Notes: generated from the letters alone by a model not told the origin. 64,000 nucleotides of DNA from an uncultured bacterium (GCA_964589175.1 CAZPRY010000016.1:5559-69558); one strand, 5' to 3'; shown: positions 29,019-39,606, counted from the first letter of the stretch. A program made the numbers and translations.

Positions 29019-30689
29019 ATGCACACCACATTGCAGATAAAAAGCATTTTGGGATTAATGATCGGAGTGATTACGATGAGCGTATTCATCAGTGCCTGCG
29101 GGCAAAAGGTGATCTCTCACAAAGCCCCGCGCGAATATGTCCGGGGTGAACTGGATAAATTGGCGCCGGTTGAAATGAAAGCCGATTTATCCCGGCTTTC
29201 GGAAAATGATCAGAAAGCGGTTGCACGGCTCATGGAAGCTGCGCGTATCATCGATGAGTTATTTCTGATCCAGGTTTCCCCGTCAAATCCGCAGATCCGG
29301 AGCGAACTTCAAAAGAGTCCGGCGAACGAAGATTATCTCAGTTTATTTAATATCATGTTCGGATCTTGGAATCGCATGGAAGACGAGAGACCGTTTATCA
29401 ATAAAAAAGCAAAACCGGCCGGGGCGGGCTATTACCCGGAAGACATGACCAAGTCCGAATTTGAGACATTTCTCCAGGAGAATCCGGAACTGGCCGCCAA
29501 ATTTCAGAATGAATTCACGGTGATCCGGCGCCGGGAAGGCAAATTAGTCGCCGTGCCGTACCACGAAGAATACGCCGATAAAGTCCGGATGATCAGCAAA
29601 TTACTCGACGAGGCAGCTAAATTGACGGACGATACTTCGTTGAAGACCTTTCTGCAACTGCGCGCCCGTGATTTTCTGACCGATGATTTTTTTGAGAGCG
29701 ATATGGCCTGGATGGATCTGACCGGCGATCTGGAAATCGTCATTGGTCCGTATGAAGTTTACGAAGATCAGTTGTATGGTTATAAAGCTGCCTATGAAGC
29801 CTTCATCTGCGTGGTCGATCATGCCGAAAGCCAGAAGTTGGAGAAGACCGTCGCGTACCTTAATGAAATGGAGAAAAATCTACCTATCGACGATAAATAC
29901 AAGAACTTCAATCGTGGTACGTCCTCGCCCATCAAAGTCGTACAGGAAATATTTTCCGCCGGCGATACCAAGGCGGGCATCCAGACGACGGCCTTCAACC
30001 TTCCCAACGACGAACGCGTTCGGGAAGCCAAGGGCTCCAAGAAGGTTATGCTGAAAAACGTGGCCCAGGCCAAATATGAAAAATGCTGGATTCCGATTGT
30101 CAATACGATTTTAGCCGAGGAACCGCTGCAGAATGTGTCTTTCGAGGCTTACTTCAACCACGTCCTCCTGCATGAAATCAGTCACGGTCTCGGTCCCGGT
30201 ATCATCACGCTGGAAAACGGAACTCAGACCACGGTCAGCCGCGAATTAAAAGAACTCTATCCGTTGATCGAGGAGTGCAAAGCCGATATTCTCGGAATGT
30301 ACAATCTCCTTTTCCTGATTGACAAAGGTGTTTTCCCCGAGACTATGCGCAAATCAGCATTTGCCAGCTACCTGGGCGGAATGTTCCGTTCAATCCGCTT
30401 TGGTATCAATGAAGCCCATGGTGGGGGTGTGGCCGCGCAGTTCAACTACATGATAGAAAAAGGTGCCTTTATTGCCGATTCCGCCGACAAACTGTCATTG
30501 GATGAGGCCCGGTTAGAGGCCGCCATCCGCGATTTGTCTCGCGATGTGCTGATCATTGAAGCCCTGGGAGATTACTCTGCGGCAGAGGCCTTTGCTCAAA
30601 AATACGCGGTCATGACGCCGCTCATGGAGAGGATCGTCAACAGTTTAATCCATGTTCCGATCGACATCAAGCCGATCTTTCCGATCTAA
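29019..30689 (+). CDS. Peptidase family M49 (dipeptidyl-peptidase III-like) lipoprotein
   Basis: AFNLPNDERVR..KGSK, HEISHGLGPG, EECKAD; lipobox ISAC; AGGAG before ATG 29019. Confidence 0.85.
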   Translation: MHTTLQIKSILGLMIGVITMSVFISACGQKVISHKAPREYVRGELDKLAPVEMKADLSRLSENDQKAVARLMEAARIIDELFLIQVSPSNPQIRSELQKSPANEDYLSLFNIMFGSWNRMEDERPFINKKAKPAGAGYYPEDMTKSEFETFLQENPELAAKFQNEFTVIRRREGKLVAVPYHEEYADKVRMISKLLDEAAKLTDDTSLKTFLQLRARDFLTDDFFESDMAWMDLTGDLEIVIGPYEVYEDQLYGYKAAYEAFICVVDHAESQKLEKTVAYLNEMEKNLPIDDKYKNFNRGTSSPIKVVQEIFSAGDTKAGIQTTAFNLPNDERVREAKGSKKVMLKNVAQAKYEKCWIPIVNTILAEEPLQNVSFEAYFNHVLLHEISHGLGPGIITLENGTQTTVSRELKELYPLIEECKADILGMYNLLFLIDKGVFPETMRKSAFASYLGGMFRSIRFGINEAHGGGVAAQFNYMIEKGAFIADSADKLSLDEARLEAAIRDLSRDVLIIEALGDYSAAEAFAQKYAVMTPLMERIVNSLIHVPIDIKPIFPI

Positions 30690-30737
30690 AATTCTCAGTA
30701 AAAACAGCTATTTGGGAAAATTTTTGAAGCTTGGGAT

Positions 30738-30892
30738 AAAAGGGGGAGGGCCGCTGAATCAGCGGCCCTTTTATGATCATCTAACACGATGAGATACCCT
30801 CCCCGAATATTATTGAGGGGATTGTGAGGGATATTACGGCACATCCGGGGAGGGGGAGGGAAATATGCTTGCATCTAAATTTCAAAGTACAT
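30738..30892 (-). ncRNA. Candidate sigma-54-dependent small RNA with C-rich motifs
   Basis: Minus-strand TGGCACGTTTATTGTA at 30917-30902, several CCCUC motifs downstream, and a terminator hairpin, in a 480-bp intergenic gap. Confidence 0.4.
30747..30772. terminator. Intrinsic terminator hairpin, possibly bidirectional
   Basis: AGGGCCGCTG-AAT-CAGCGGCCCT followed by T; an A-run lies shortly upstream. Confidence 0.7.
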
Positions 30893-31167
30893 CTATATTG
30901 GTACAATAAACGTGCCAATATTACATCAAAAAATCTCGAATTCAAATACCTTTTTCCTAATGAACGTAACCGGTACTTAAAAGTTCCGCGATATTCATCG
31001 TAATGTATTCCGTATCAATTGTTAAAAAACCGACATACGCCAATTAGACAAGCGACTAGAGTATTTGGTTACAAATAATTTATAATCTAAATAGTATTCT
31101 CGATCAAAATTTTCTTTTTTGATTTTCTTTCCAATTTCGATATCTTACGACTGTCAGAGGAGAATAG

Positions 31168-31920
31168 ATGCGAAAAATTCTGGTTGTTGATGATGATCCC
31201 GACATTTTAGAGTTAACCAAAGATTTTCTGGAATCTCATAATATCCAGATCATCACGACAACGGAAGGGCTGGCAGTTCTCGAACTTGCCATACATGAAG
31301 AACCCGATCTTATCTTACTGGATATTGTATTGCCCGATGTTGATGGAATACAGGTTCTGAAAACCCTGCGCTCCAACACTCTCACAGCCTTCATTCCGGT
31401 GATCATGCTGACCGGACAGGCTGCCCCAACCTATCAGGTTGACGGCCTGGTTTCCGGTGCGGACGACTATGTCACAAAACCTTTCGATTTGAATGTCCTC
31501 TATGCGCGCGTGCTCACCGTTCTGCGCCGATCTCTTCAGCAAACTCGCAGCAAACAGGATGAAACCAATCTTTTACGGCATCTGATTTCGGTTTACGAAA
31601 AACGCGGATACGAAATTTTCAGCAAGCTTTTACCCGAATTCGATGACGCTCCGCCAGGCTGGAAAGGGTATTTCGCCGATCTGATCATCCGTAAACATCA
31701 GAAGGCACGCTGTTTTAGTTTTGAGAATAGTCAATCCCTGATGAGTGAGACTCTAATTGCGCGATTCAAAGAACTGATGAATCTTTCGACCTACCAGGGA
31801 AAGTTTATCGAAGTCACCATAATTGTTCGCAGTCAGGAGAACCACGATCTACTCCTGCGCATCCTCAAAGAGAATTTGTTCCCCTTCAAGACCAAAATAA
31901 TTAAAAAGCACGCCGCTTGA
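31168..31920 (+). CDS. Response regulator receiver domain fused to an atypical C-terminal domain
   Basis: ILVVDDD, LLDIVLPDVDG, GADDYVTKPF; the C-terminus has no OmpR, LuxR or GGDEF motif. Confidence 0.85.
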   Translation: MRKILVVDDDPDILELTKDFLESHNIQIITTTEGLAVLELAIHEEPDLILLDIVLPDVDGIQVLKTLRSNTLTAFIPVIMLTGQAAPTYQVDGLVSGADDYVTKPFDLNVLYARVLTVLRRSLQQTRSKQDETNLLRHLISVYEKRGYEIFSKLLPEFDDAPPGWKGYFADLIIRKHQKARCFSFENSQSLMSETLIARFKELMNLSTYQGKFIEVTIIVRSQENHDLLLRILKENLFPFKTKIIKKHAA

Positions 31921-32098
31921 GTCCGGATCACCGAGGAAATACCGTTTTTAAATTGAAATTATATCTCTCCATGCCGTCTTTTTTATAGTCTTAAAATAAG
32001 ACAATCTTAAAAATTATGTTAATATTGCTAAATTTATTGTTGTATGTATTTTAAATTGTTCTAAATTAAGATCGTAAGGGGGTATTTTCATATACAAA

Positions 32099-32131
32099 GG
32101 GGCGAAAAACTTTTCGCCCCGTCTTTTTTTT
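32099..32131. terminator. Hairpin between convergent genes (terminator or REP-derived)
   Basis: GGGGCGAAAA-AC-TTTTCGCCCC followed by GTC and a T-run. Confidence 0.55.
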
Positions 32132-32147
32132 ACATAATCCGGTGATC

Positions 32148-33392
32148 TCAGATGCTCTTTTCCACCCAGATTTGGAGCAGTTTCACGATTGTCGACACGG
32201 CTTTTTCCATGGCCTGAATGGCAATCCACTCCTGCCTGCTGTGAAAGTTGTGTCCACCCGTAAAAATATTCGGGGTCAGTAATCCCATGAAACAAAGCCG
32301 GGCTCCATCCGTCCCGCCCCGGATTATTTGCAGGTTGGGAGTCAGTCCAGCCCGTTTGACGGCTTCCAGGGCGTATTCGACGACTTCCGACGCTTCATCC
32401 AGTTTGACTTTCATGTTTTCATAGGATTCTTTGATATCCAGATCAACCTTGGCCCGCGGATACCTGGCAGCGATTTCGTCCCGAATCTCACCCAATCTTC
32501 GCCCCTTTTCCAGCATTCCGTTTTTATCAAAGTCCCGGATCAGGAGTTTCAGGCTGGCTTTTTCGACGCCGCCTTCGATCGCCATGGGATGCAGATAGCC
32601 CTCACGCTTCTCGGTTGTCTCTGGAGATGGATCCTTTTCCAGATTGCGTGTGATTTCGGAAATAATACGAATCGCGTTGACCATTTTTCCTTTGGCGTAC
32701 CCGGGATGAACATTGATCCCGTGTACCGTAAAAGTGGCCGTGCTGGCATTGAAAGTCTCGTTTTCGATTTCGCCTGCCGTCTCACCGTCTATCGTATAGG
32801 CGTATTTCGCATTGAATTTCCGGACATCAAAATACTTTGTCCCGTTGCCGACTTCTTCATCCGGCGTAAAACCAATCCGAATATCACCGTGCCTGATTTC
32901 GGGATGCTCCTGCAAATACGCCACCGCCGTCATGATTTCGGCAATCCCGGCCTTATTGTCAGCGCCGAGCAGGGTTGTACCATCGGAAGTGATTATATCG
33001 TCGCCAATATGCTCCTGCAAGGCCGGGTTTTCAGCCAAACGCAGCACCTGCTGCGATTCTGCCGAAAGCTCGATGTCGCCGCCGTTATAATTCTTGTGAA
33101 TCACCGGTTTCACATTTTCACCGCTGACATCCGGGGAAGTATCGACATGTGCGATCAGACCGATCACGGGCACTTTCCGATTGTCGGGTAAATTTCCGGG
33201 AAGCGTCGCCATTACGTAGCCGTATTGATCCATTCCGGCATCCTGCAATCCGATCTCCCGGAGTTCCTGGACCAGCATCGTCAGAAGATTCTTCTGTTTC
33301 TCCGTGCTCGGATATCTATCCTCCACATCTTCGCGGGATTGGGTATCGATTTTTACGTAGCGAAAAAATCTGTCAATCATGTTCTTGTACAT
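32148..33392 (-). CDS. pepT: Peptidase T (M20B tripeptidase)
   Basis: RYVKIDTQS, IAHVDTSPD, TLLGADNKAG, FTPDEEVG, ENETFNA, IRGGTDG, HNFHS. Confidence 0.95.
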   Translation of the reverse strand: MYKNMIDRFFRYVKIDTQSREDVEDRYPSTEKQKNLLTMLVQELREIGLQDAGMDQYGYVMATLPGNLPDNRKVPVIGLIAHVDTSPDVSGENVKPVIHKNYNGGDIELSAESQQVLRLAENPALQEHIGDDIITSDGTTLLGADNKAGIAEIMTAVAYLQEHPEIRHGDIRIGFTPDEEVGNGTKYFDVRKFNAKYAYTIDGETAGEIENETFNASTATFTVHGINVHPGYAKGKMVNAIRIISEITRNLEKDPSPETTEKREGYLHPMAIEGGVEKASLKLLIRDFDKNGMLEKGRRLGEIRDEIAARYPRAKVDLDIKESYENMKVKLDEASEVVEYALEAVKRAGLTPNLQIIRGGTDGARLCFMGLLTPNIFTGGHNFHSRQEWIAIQAMEKAVSTIVKLLQIWVEKSI

Positions 33393-33587
33393 CTCGATTC
33401 CTTCCTGTTTTATAGCATAAACTAAGAATTCTCACCCAGAATTTGTAGCTTAAACCTAAAGTATCCGAGATTAAATCCATTCGTGCTGGAATCGCATATC
33501 ACAAGCCTGTCTTCTCTGTTTGAAATTGTTAAATTTAGTCGTATTTGGATTGCGGTCATTTCGAACTTATTTACACTGGAGTGAAAC

Positions 33588-35375
33588 ATGTTTCCTAGCG
33601 TACCCCACCTGCTCTTTAGCACGATCTCAAAGTATCCGGACAATATCGCTCTGAGCTGGCACCATGAGGGAGAATTGAAGAACCTCAGCTACCACGAGTT
33701 CGGCGAACGGATCATCGATCTCACGAACGGTCTGGCCAGTCTCGGTCTTCAGGCCAATGATAAAATTGCCATTCTCTCGAATAATCGCGTCGAATGGACA
33801 ATTTCGGACTTTGCGGCGCTCTCCCTGGGCTGTGTCGTCGTCCCGATTTACCAGACATTACCACCCAACCAGATTGCCTACTTGCTGCACGATTCGGAGT
33901 CACGGGCCATTTTCGTGGAAGACAACGAACAGTTCAAGAAACTCAGCGAAATCCGAAATCAGCTGCCCCATCTCGAATTCATCTTCAGCTACGATACGAT
34001 CCAGGCAGCCGATTCTAAAGTACGGCCTTATTCCGAGATCATGCGTTCCGGCCGGCAACATCGCAAGGCCCAACCCAACTTTTATCAACAGGCGATAGAA
34101 AATATAAAAGAGGAAAATATCTGCAGCATCGTTTATACTTCGGGAACCACCGGTGAGCCGAAAGGAGTTATGCTGCATCATAAGGGTTTTGTATGGGACA
34201 TTATCAATTCGGAAGCCACCCTGAACCTCGCGCCCGAGGATGTCTTTCTATCCTTTCTGCCCCTGAGCCATCTCTACGAAAGACTGGCTGGGCATTGGTG
34301 CCCGATGTACCGTGGTAGCCACATCCATTATGCGCGCAGCATCAATACCGTCATCGAGGATATTCAAATCGCCAAACCGACGGTTGTAACCAGCGTTCCG
34401 CGTGTTTTCGAGAAAATTGCCGCGCGTGTTTTGGAGAAAGTCGAGCACGGCTCATTCATCAAGCAGAAACTCTTCTTCTGGGCCCTCAAAACCGGCCGGA
34501 AGTATTTCAACCAGAGCATTGAAGGCACGGTGACCCGACAGCTGCAGAGCAAATACAACCTGGCCGAAAAGCTCGTCTTTCAGAAAATTCGCGAAATCCT
34601 CGGCGGACGCCTGCGCTATCCGATTGCCGGGGGAGCACCGTTATCCATAGAAACGTTGAAATTTTTCGAAGCCCTGGGGGCGCGGATTATAGAAGGCTAC
34701 GGCATGACCGAATGCCACCTGATCATCACGCTGACGCCTTACGGTAAGACGCGTTACGGCTCCTGCGGAACGGCTATCGGTGGCGTCGAATTACGGATCA
34801 GTCCCTCCGGGGAAATACTGGTCAAAGGCCCCACCGTAATGGCCGGATATTACAACAATCCCGAAAAAACCCGCGAAATTATCGATGAGGAAGGCTGGCT
34901 GCATACCGGCGATATCGGCCATCTCGATCAGGACGGCTACCTTTTCATTACCGACCGGATTAAAAACATCATCGTCACTTCCGGCGGTAAGAACATCTCT
35001 TCAGCGCCGATTGAAAACCGCCTTAAAAGCAGCAGATATGTCGATGAGATCTGTCTCGTCGGCAACCAACGCAAATTTGTGAGCGCCCTGATCGTTCCCA
35101 ATTTCGAAGCCCTGCAATCCTGGAGCAAACAGCACAATCTCGGGACTCAGGACAACATGGAACTCGTCCGGCACCCGAAAGTGCTGGAATTCCTGAATAA
35201 CGAGATGGAGATTCTGCAGATGGATCTGGCGCGCTACGAAAAAGTTAAAAAATTCATCCTGCTGCCGGAACCTTTCTCAATCGAAAAGGACGAACTTACT
35301 CCGAGTTTGAAAGTCAAACGCAGGGTAGTTGAAAATCGCTACAAGGAGCAGATCGATGCTCTTTATCAAGACTGA
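33588..35375 (+). CDS. Long-chain fatty acid--CoA ligase (AMP-dependent synthetase)
   Basis: YTSGTTGEPKG, EGYGMTE, GWLHTGDIG, ELTPSLKVKR. Confidence 0.93.
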   Translation: MFPSVPHLLFSTISKYPDNIALSWHHEGELKNLSYHEFGERIIDLTNGLASLGLQANDKIAILSNNRVEWTISDFAALSLGCVVVPIYQTLPPNQIAYLLHDSESRAIFVEDNEQFKKLSEIRNQLPHLEFIFSYDTIQAADSKVRPYSEIMRSGRQHRKAQPNFYQQAIENIKEENICSIVYTSGTTGEPKGVMLHHKGFVWDIINSEATLNLAPEDVFLSFLPLSHLYERLAGHWCPMYRGSHIHYARSINTVIEDIQIAKPTVVTSVPRVFEKIAARVLEKVEHGSFIKQKLFFWALKTGRKYFNQSIEGTVTRQLQSKYNLAEKLVFQKIREILGGRLRYPIAGGAPLSIETLKFFEALGARIIEGYGMTECHLIITLTPYGKTRYGSCGTAIGGVELRISPSGEILVKGPTVMAGYYNNPEKTREIIDEEGWLHTGDIGHLDQDGYLFITDRIKNIIVTSGGKNISSAPIENRLKSSRYVDEICLVGNQRKFVSALIVPNFEALQSWSKQHNLGTQDNMELVRHPKVLEFLNNEMEILQMDLARYEKVKKFILLPEPFSIEKDELTPSLKVKRRVVENRYKEQIDALYQD

Positions 35376-35555
35376 AGATTATTCAGCGAGCTCCGGAACC
35401 AATTCGCCCATTTTCACCTGATTGATCCGTCCCGGGACCTGCCGGGCCGTCATATGGCCATAAACGTGCTTGTTTACGGTGACAACCGACGACAAGGTAC
35501 AGCGTCCCGTACAGCCGGTTTACCTCATATTGGGATTCTTTCTCCCGGATTTTTC

Positions 35556-35584
35556 TTGAGTATCGCCCCGTTATGAAGTATAAT
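35556..35584 (+). promoter_or_regulatory. Sigma-70-like promoter
   Basis: TTGAGT-N17-TATAAT upstream of the CDF gene. Confidence 0.45.
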
Positions 35585-35640
35585 TAAGCCATGACGCGGC
35601 CGGTACTCGCCGCCCTTTGAGAGGGATACGAATAAGCATT

Positions 35641-36531
35641 ATGCACGATCATTCGCAGCATCACAAACACCCGGGTTCAACCCAAAGCAATCTTAAAACC
35701 GCTTTCTTCCTGAACCTGACTTTTACGATCCTGGAAATTTTCGGCGGCATCTGGACCAATAGTATGGCGATCGTCTCGGACGCCTTCCACGATTTCGCCG
35801 ATAGCCTGGTGCTGGGCTTCTCCTGGCATCTGGAAAAATACGCGCAAAAAGGCAGCGACCAGCGCTATTCTTACGGCTACAAACGGTTTTCGCTGCTGAG
35901 CGCCCTGGTGAGCGGCATGGTCCTGATCACCGGATCAATCATCATCCTTTACAAGGTTATTCCGCGTATATTCCACCCCGAACCCACCAACGCACAGGGC
36001 ATGATGATCTTCGCGATCGCCGGTGTTTTGATCAATGGATTGGCGGTCCTGCGCCTGCGAAACGGCAAAACGCTGAACGCCCGGGTCGTCAGCTGGCACC
36101 TGCTGGAGGATGTCTTCGGCTGGATCGCCATTCTGATTGTCAGTATCATTTTAAGGTTTACCGACCTGTATATTCTCGATCCCATCCTGTCCTGTCTGTT
36201 CACGATCTACGTGCTTTTTCATGTCATCGGCATTTTCAGGAAAACGCTGGGCGCCTGTTTAATGGCCATACCGGAAAATATCGACCCGAAATTACTGGAA
36301 GCGAAAATCCTGAAACTCGACAAAGTGATCTCCACCCACCATACTCACCTCTGGTCGCTGGATGGTGAACAGCATGTTATCAGCACGCACATCGTCGTCG
36401 ACAGTGCAAGTACGAAAGACGAACTCATCCGCATCAAACAGAGCGTCTACGGGATGGTCAAGGAACTCGATTGCGAACATATTACGATCGAATTCGAATA
36501 CGCCGACGAGCGCTGCGGCCTGAGCCACTGA
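35641..36531 (+). CDS. Cation diffusion facilitator (CzcD-like Zn/Co/Cd exporter)
   Basis: His-rich N-terminus, SDAFHDFAD, YSYGYKR, HLLED, HLWSLDG. Confidence 0.92.
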   Translation: MHDHSQHHKHPGSTQSNLKTAFFLNLTFTILEIFGGIWTNSMAIVSDAFHDFADSLVLGFSWHLEKYAQKGSDQRYSYGYKRFSLLSALVSGMVLITGSIIILYKVIPRIFHPEPTNAQGMMIFAIAGVLINGLAVLRLRNGKTLNARVVSWHLLEDVFGWIAILIVSIILRFTDLYILDPILSCLFTIYVLFHVIGIFRKTLGACLMAIPENIDPKLLEAKILKLDKVISTHHTHLWSLDGEQHVISTHIVVDSASTKDELIRIKQSVYGMVKELDCEHITIEFEYADERCGLSH

Positions 36532-36577
36532 GGCGTCGGTAAATGTCATTAATAAACCTAAAAAACGGCAGAATCTT

Positions 36578-37039
36578 ATGAAATCAAACCGTACGCTCTT
36601 CAAGTTTCTAAAATATCTTGTTATCGGAAACCTGATCTTCTGCTTCCTGATCAGTTCGCTGCGCCTGATTGTCGGTCCGCAAAAAGCCATGCTGCTGTCG
36701 GCTTATCCTCAAAACCTGATCTGGGGCAGCCTGATCGGAATCCTTGTTTTCCTGTTTTCGCTCGTCGACCGAAAGACCGTAACGCTGGCCCTGCCGTCCG
36801 AAGCTGCGGTCCCGGCCCTGCGCAAGGCCCTCAGCGAGAATAAGTATGTCGTGCTCGAAGAAAAGGGAAACGTTCTCAATCTGCGCTCGCTGAGTCTCTA
36901 CAAGCGAATCAACTATTTCGGCGAGGATTTCCTGCGCATCGAAATCCACCAGCAGAGCATTGCCGTCAATGGACTGCTTACCGATATCCGTGCAATCCGC
37001 AAGATGCTGCTCAAGATCGGCACCGAAATCAATACTTAG
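36578..37039 (+). CDS. Hypothetical membrane protein (2 TM plus soluble domain)
   Basis: 153-aa ORF with host-like composition, co-oriented with its neighbours. Confidence 0.65.
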   Translation: MKSNRTLFKFLKYLVIGNLIFCFLISSLRLIVGPQKAMLLSAYPQNLIWGSLIGILVFLFSLVDRKTVTLALPSEAAVPALRKALSENKYVVLEEKGNVLNLRSLSLYKRINYFGEDFLRIEIHQQSIAVNGLLTDIRAIRKMLLKIGTEINT

Positions 37040-37213
37040 AAAATCCCCGCTACGGTGCGCAGCCGGCCGGGAGCAGGACGGCTAATCCCTGCAAGCACTT
37101 TACGGAACGGATCAAAGAATGTTAGTCCCTTTTATTTTTTATTTTATGTATATTGCGGCATATTTAACTGTCACCGAAATACCATCGACATCATGCTGCC
37201 TAGGAGAAAAATC

Positions 37214-37906
37214 ATGGAAAATCACAAAAGAAGACATTCGCATCAGCCATGGGTCGGGATTATCCTGATCGTTCTCGGCGTTCTGTTCCTCGCCGATGCG
37301 CTTAACCTCGCCGAATCCGGCCGGATACTGCATCACTGGTGGCCGCTGATTCTGATCATCGGCGGTTTGATTAAACTCAGCAGCGACGATAAAAACGGCG
37401 GATTAATAATGCTGATCATCGGCGGATTATTCCTGCTGAGCAATCTGCATATCATCCACTGGAACGTGATCGGACACCTATGGCCGATCGTTCTGATCCT
37501 GGTTGGCTTCAGCATGCTGCTCGGCCGCAACCGCATGCATAAGTACCACCGGGTCGAAGGCATCGATAACAGTACCGATGACAGTCTGAAGATCACAACG
37601 ATCTTTGGTGCTACGGAACGGGTGATTCACTCCAACAATTTTATAGGCGGTGAAGTAACGGCCACTTTCGGCAATGCGGAGATCGATCTCAGCTCCGTAA
37701 AAATTTCCCCGCAGGGTTGCCACCTGGCGCTCGACGCGATCTTCGGTTCAATCGAAATTCGGGTTCCGTCAAACATCCAGGTGAAAATATCCGGGACCCC
37801 GATCTTTGGCGGCATCGACAACAAAACCCAGAACATTGCCACCGGCAGTCAGATTATGCACTGTCATTGCTCGGCTATATTCGGCAGTATCGATATCAAA
37901 AACTAG
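37214..37906 (+). CDS. LiaF-like cell-envelope stress membrane protein (DUF5668 + DUF2154-like)
   Basis: Repeated WWPLILI / LWPIVLI TM motif; FG..EIDL / AIFGSIEIRVP beta repeats; AGGAG before ATG 37214. Confidence 0.85.
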   Translation: MENHKRRHSHQPWVGIILIVLGVLFLADALNLAESGRILHHWWPLILIIGGLIKLSSDDKNGGLIMLIIGGLFLLSNLHIIHWNVIGHLWPIVLILVGFSMLLGRNRMHKYHRVEGIDNSTDDSLKITTIFGATERVIHSNNFIGGEVTATFGNAEIDLSSVKISPQGCHLALDAIFGSIEIRVPSNIQVKISGTPIFGGIDNKTQNIATGSQIMHCHCSAIFGSIDIKN

Positions 37907-38008
37907 CAGTCCCTGGTTATCGCCGCTGTTTGTCCCGGCATCATTTCCGGGTTGCGCATTTGGTGTAATTCTCATTTCAATAAAATGACCGGCAAAGGAG
38001 AGCCTGAA

Positions 38009-38479
38009 ATGCAACGCTTCGATAAAAAAGGCATGATGATCATTCCCAATCCCGGCAAGAAAGAACTGCGCGAAGCCCGCGAGGTCGTGCTGATTAACGA
38101 ATTGTATTGCCCCAACGGCCACAGCCTCATCAGCAAACGCTGCTCGTTCAATGGACATCCCGGCGTGCTGCTCTGTATCAAACAGGGCAACCAGCAGGGT
38201 ATCATGGCGCTGAGTCCCGTCTTCGGGGACAAAACCCGGGTCACGCTCGACATCGATCTCTACAGCGGCGAAACCGTGGCGCTCTGCTGCCCGACTTGCG
38301 GTGACGATCTGCCGGTGCACTCTCCGTGTGCCTGCGGGGCGGACATGGTCACCCTTTTTCTGACCAAGAAAGCGGACTTCTCAAATTGCGTCGGCATTTG
38401 CAACCGCGTGGATTGCGTCAATGCCCATATCATCGAAAGCGGCGAGCTGTTCAATCAGGCCCGGCTGGAACTGGGCTGA
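38009..38479 (+). CDS. Cys-rich hypothetical protein (putative metal binding)
   Basis: CPNGH, CCPTC, CAC, CNRVDC..AH; AGGAG RBS. Confidence 0.75.
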   Translation: MQRFDKKGMMIIPNPGKKELREAREVVLINELYCPNGHSLISKRCSFNGHPGVLLCIKQGNQQGIMALSPVFGDKTRVTLDIDLYSGETVALCCPTCGDDLPVHSPCACGADMVTLFLTKKADFSNCVGICNRVDCVNAHIIESGELFNQARLELG

Positions 38480-38524
38480 GAGCCCGGAAGAAAATCCTAC
38501 CCCACTACGCTGCATCAAATGTAC

Positions 38525-38552
38525 TTGTGTCAGGTGTGAGCACCCGACACAA
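38525..38552. repeat. Palindromic hairpin between convergent genes
   Basis: TTGTGTCAGGTG-TGAG-CACCCGACACAA; related half GCGCCTGACACA near 42133 and 42895. Confidence 0.45.
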
Positions 38553-38643
38553 TCATCTATTGGGAAGCCCCTAAAAATCCCGAAGGAGTGAGATGATTAT
38601 AGCAGCTTCTTTCCGGCCGGGTGGTGCAGACGTTGATGTGGAT

Positions 38644-39606
38644 TTACAAAATCAGATTGAGCAATTTCGGCAAAATTGAATATTCGCAGGGCGGAGTGCC
38701 GATGATTTCGCCATCGGTTTCGACCGCAACGGTCAATTTTTCGCCCGATAGTGTGACCCTGTATCCCTGGTAATATTCGGCATTGGCCCTTTTTAACACG
38801 GAACCGGAATAAAGCGACGGAATGTAACTCAGGGTTTTCAAGCGGCCCATTTCAGTAATCAGGGCGACATGCAGTTTACCGTCATTATAAGAAGAGGGTA
38901 CACCGTAGTTCATGCCGCCGCCAAAATTGGCGCATTTGAAGACTGTCAGGTTTTTTAGAGAACGGCTAAAGTGATCGATTCGGTCTATCGTGATATCCGC
39001 TGAGAAATTAGCAAAACTCATTACATTCCCAAAGCCAGCGAAGAGCGCCGCAACATCGACATTCAGGCGCTTCAGGAAGGACATCAATGCCGTTTGACGA
39101 TTGAACGCCACGATCGATTCACTGATGACTCCCACGCTGGAGTTTGCCAGAAAATACCGGGAACTCGGGTTCCCGCTTTTATCGTTGCAGATGACTTTCG
39201 CCACATCCACCGCATAGGGCTTTTTCGATAACACCCGGTCGAATAGCGGAAGGCGGTCAGGAAACATTTTTTCCACATCGCAGCTGCTGCCGGCGCCCAG
39301 AAAGACAAGTTGAATGTCCAGATCAAGCAGGCGATCGTCCTTAATAATGCCGTTCAGTACTTCATTCAGGGTTCCGTCACCGCCAAAAACAACAATGCGT
39401 TTGGCCCCCTCCTCCACAGCCTGTTTGGCCAGTTCAAGCGCATGTCCCGGATATTCAGTAGTGTGGCAATCAATTCCGAATTCACTGCCTTGCGACTCCT
39501 CGACAAATGTCTTCCACCGTTTGCGGGCTTGACCGCCGCCAGCCAGCAGGTTGGTGATAAAAAAGAGTTCCGGTTTTGGTTTTAATGCAGCGATAAATCC
39601 TCCCAC
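38644..39606 (-). CDS. Diacylglycerol/lipid kinase family protein (YegS/DAGK-like)
   Basis: N..AGGG, TEYPGHA, GGDGTLNEVLNG, FGGGM, DGE; start uncertain. Confidence 0.88.
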   Translation of the reverse strand: MGGFIAALKPKPELFFITNLLAGGGQARKRWKTFVEESQGSEFGIDCHTTEYPGHALELAKQAVEEGAKRIVVFGGDGTLNEVLNGIIKDDRLLDLDIQLVFLGAGSSCDVEKMFPDRLPLFDRVLSKKPYAVDVAKVICNDKSGNPSSRYFLANSSVGVISESIVAFNRQTALMSFLKRLNVDVAALFAGFGNVMSFANFSADITIDRIDHFSRSLKNLTVFKCANFGGGMNYGVPSSYNDGKLHVALITEMGRLKTLSYIPSLYSGSVLKRANAEYYQGYRVTLSGEKLTVAVETDGEIIGTPPCEYSILPKLLNLIL

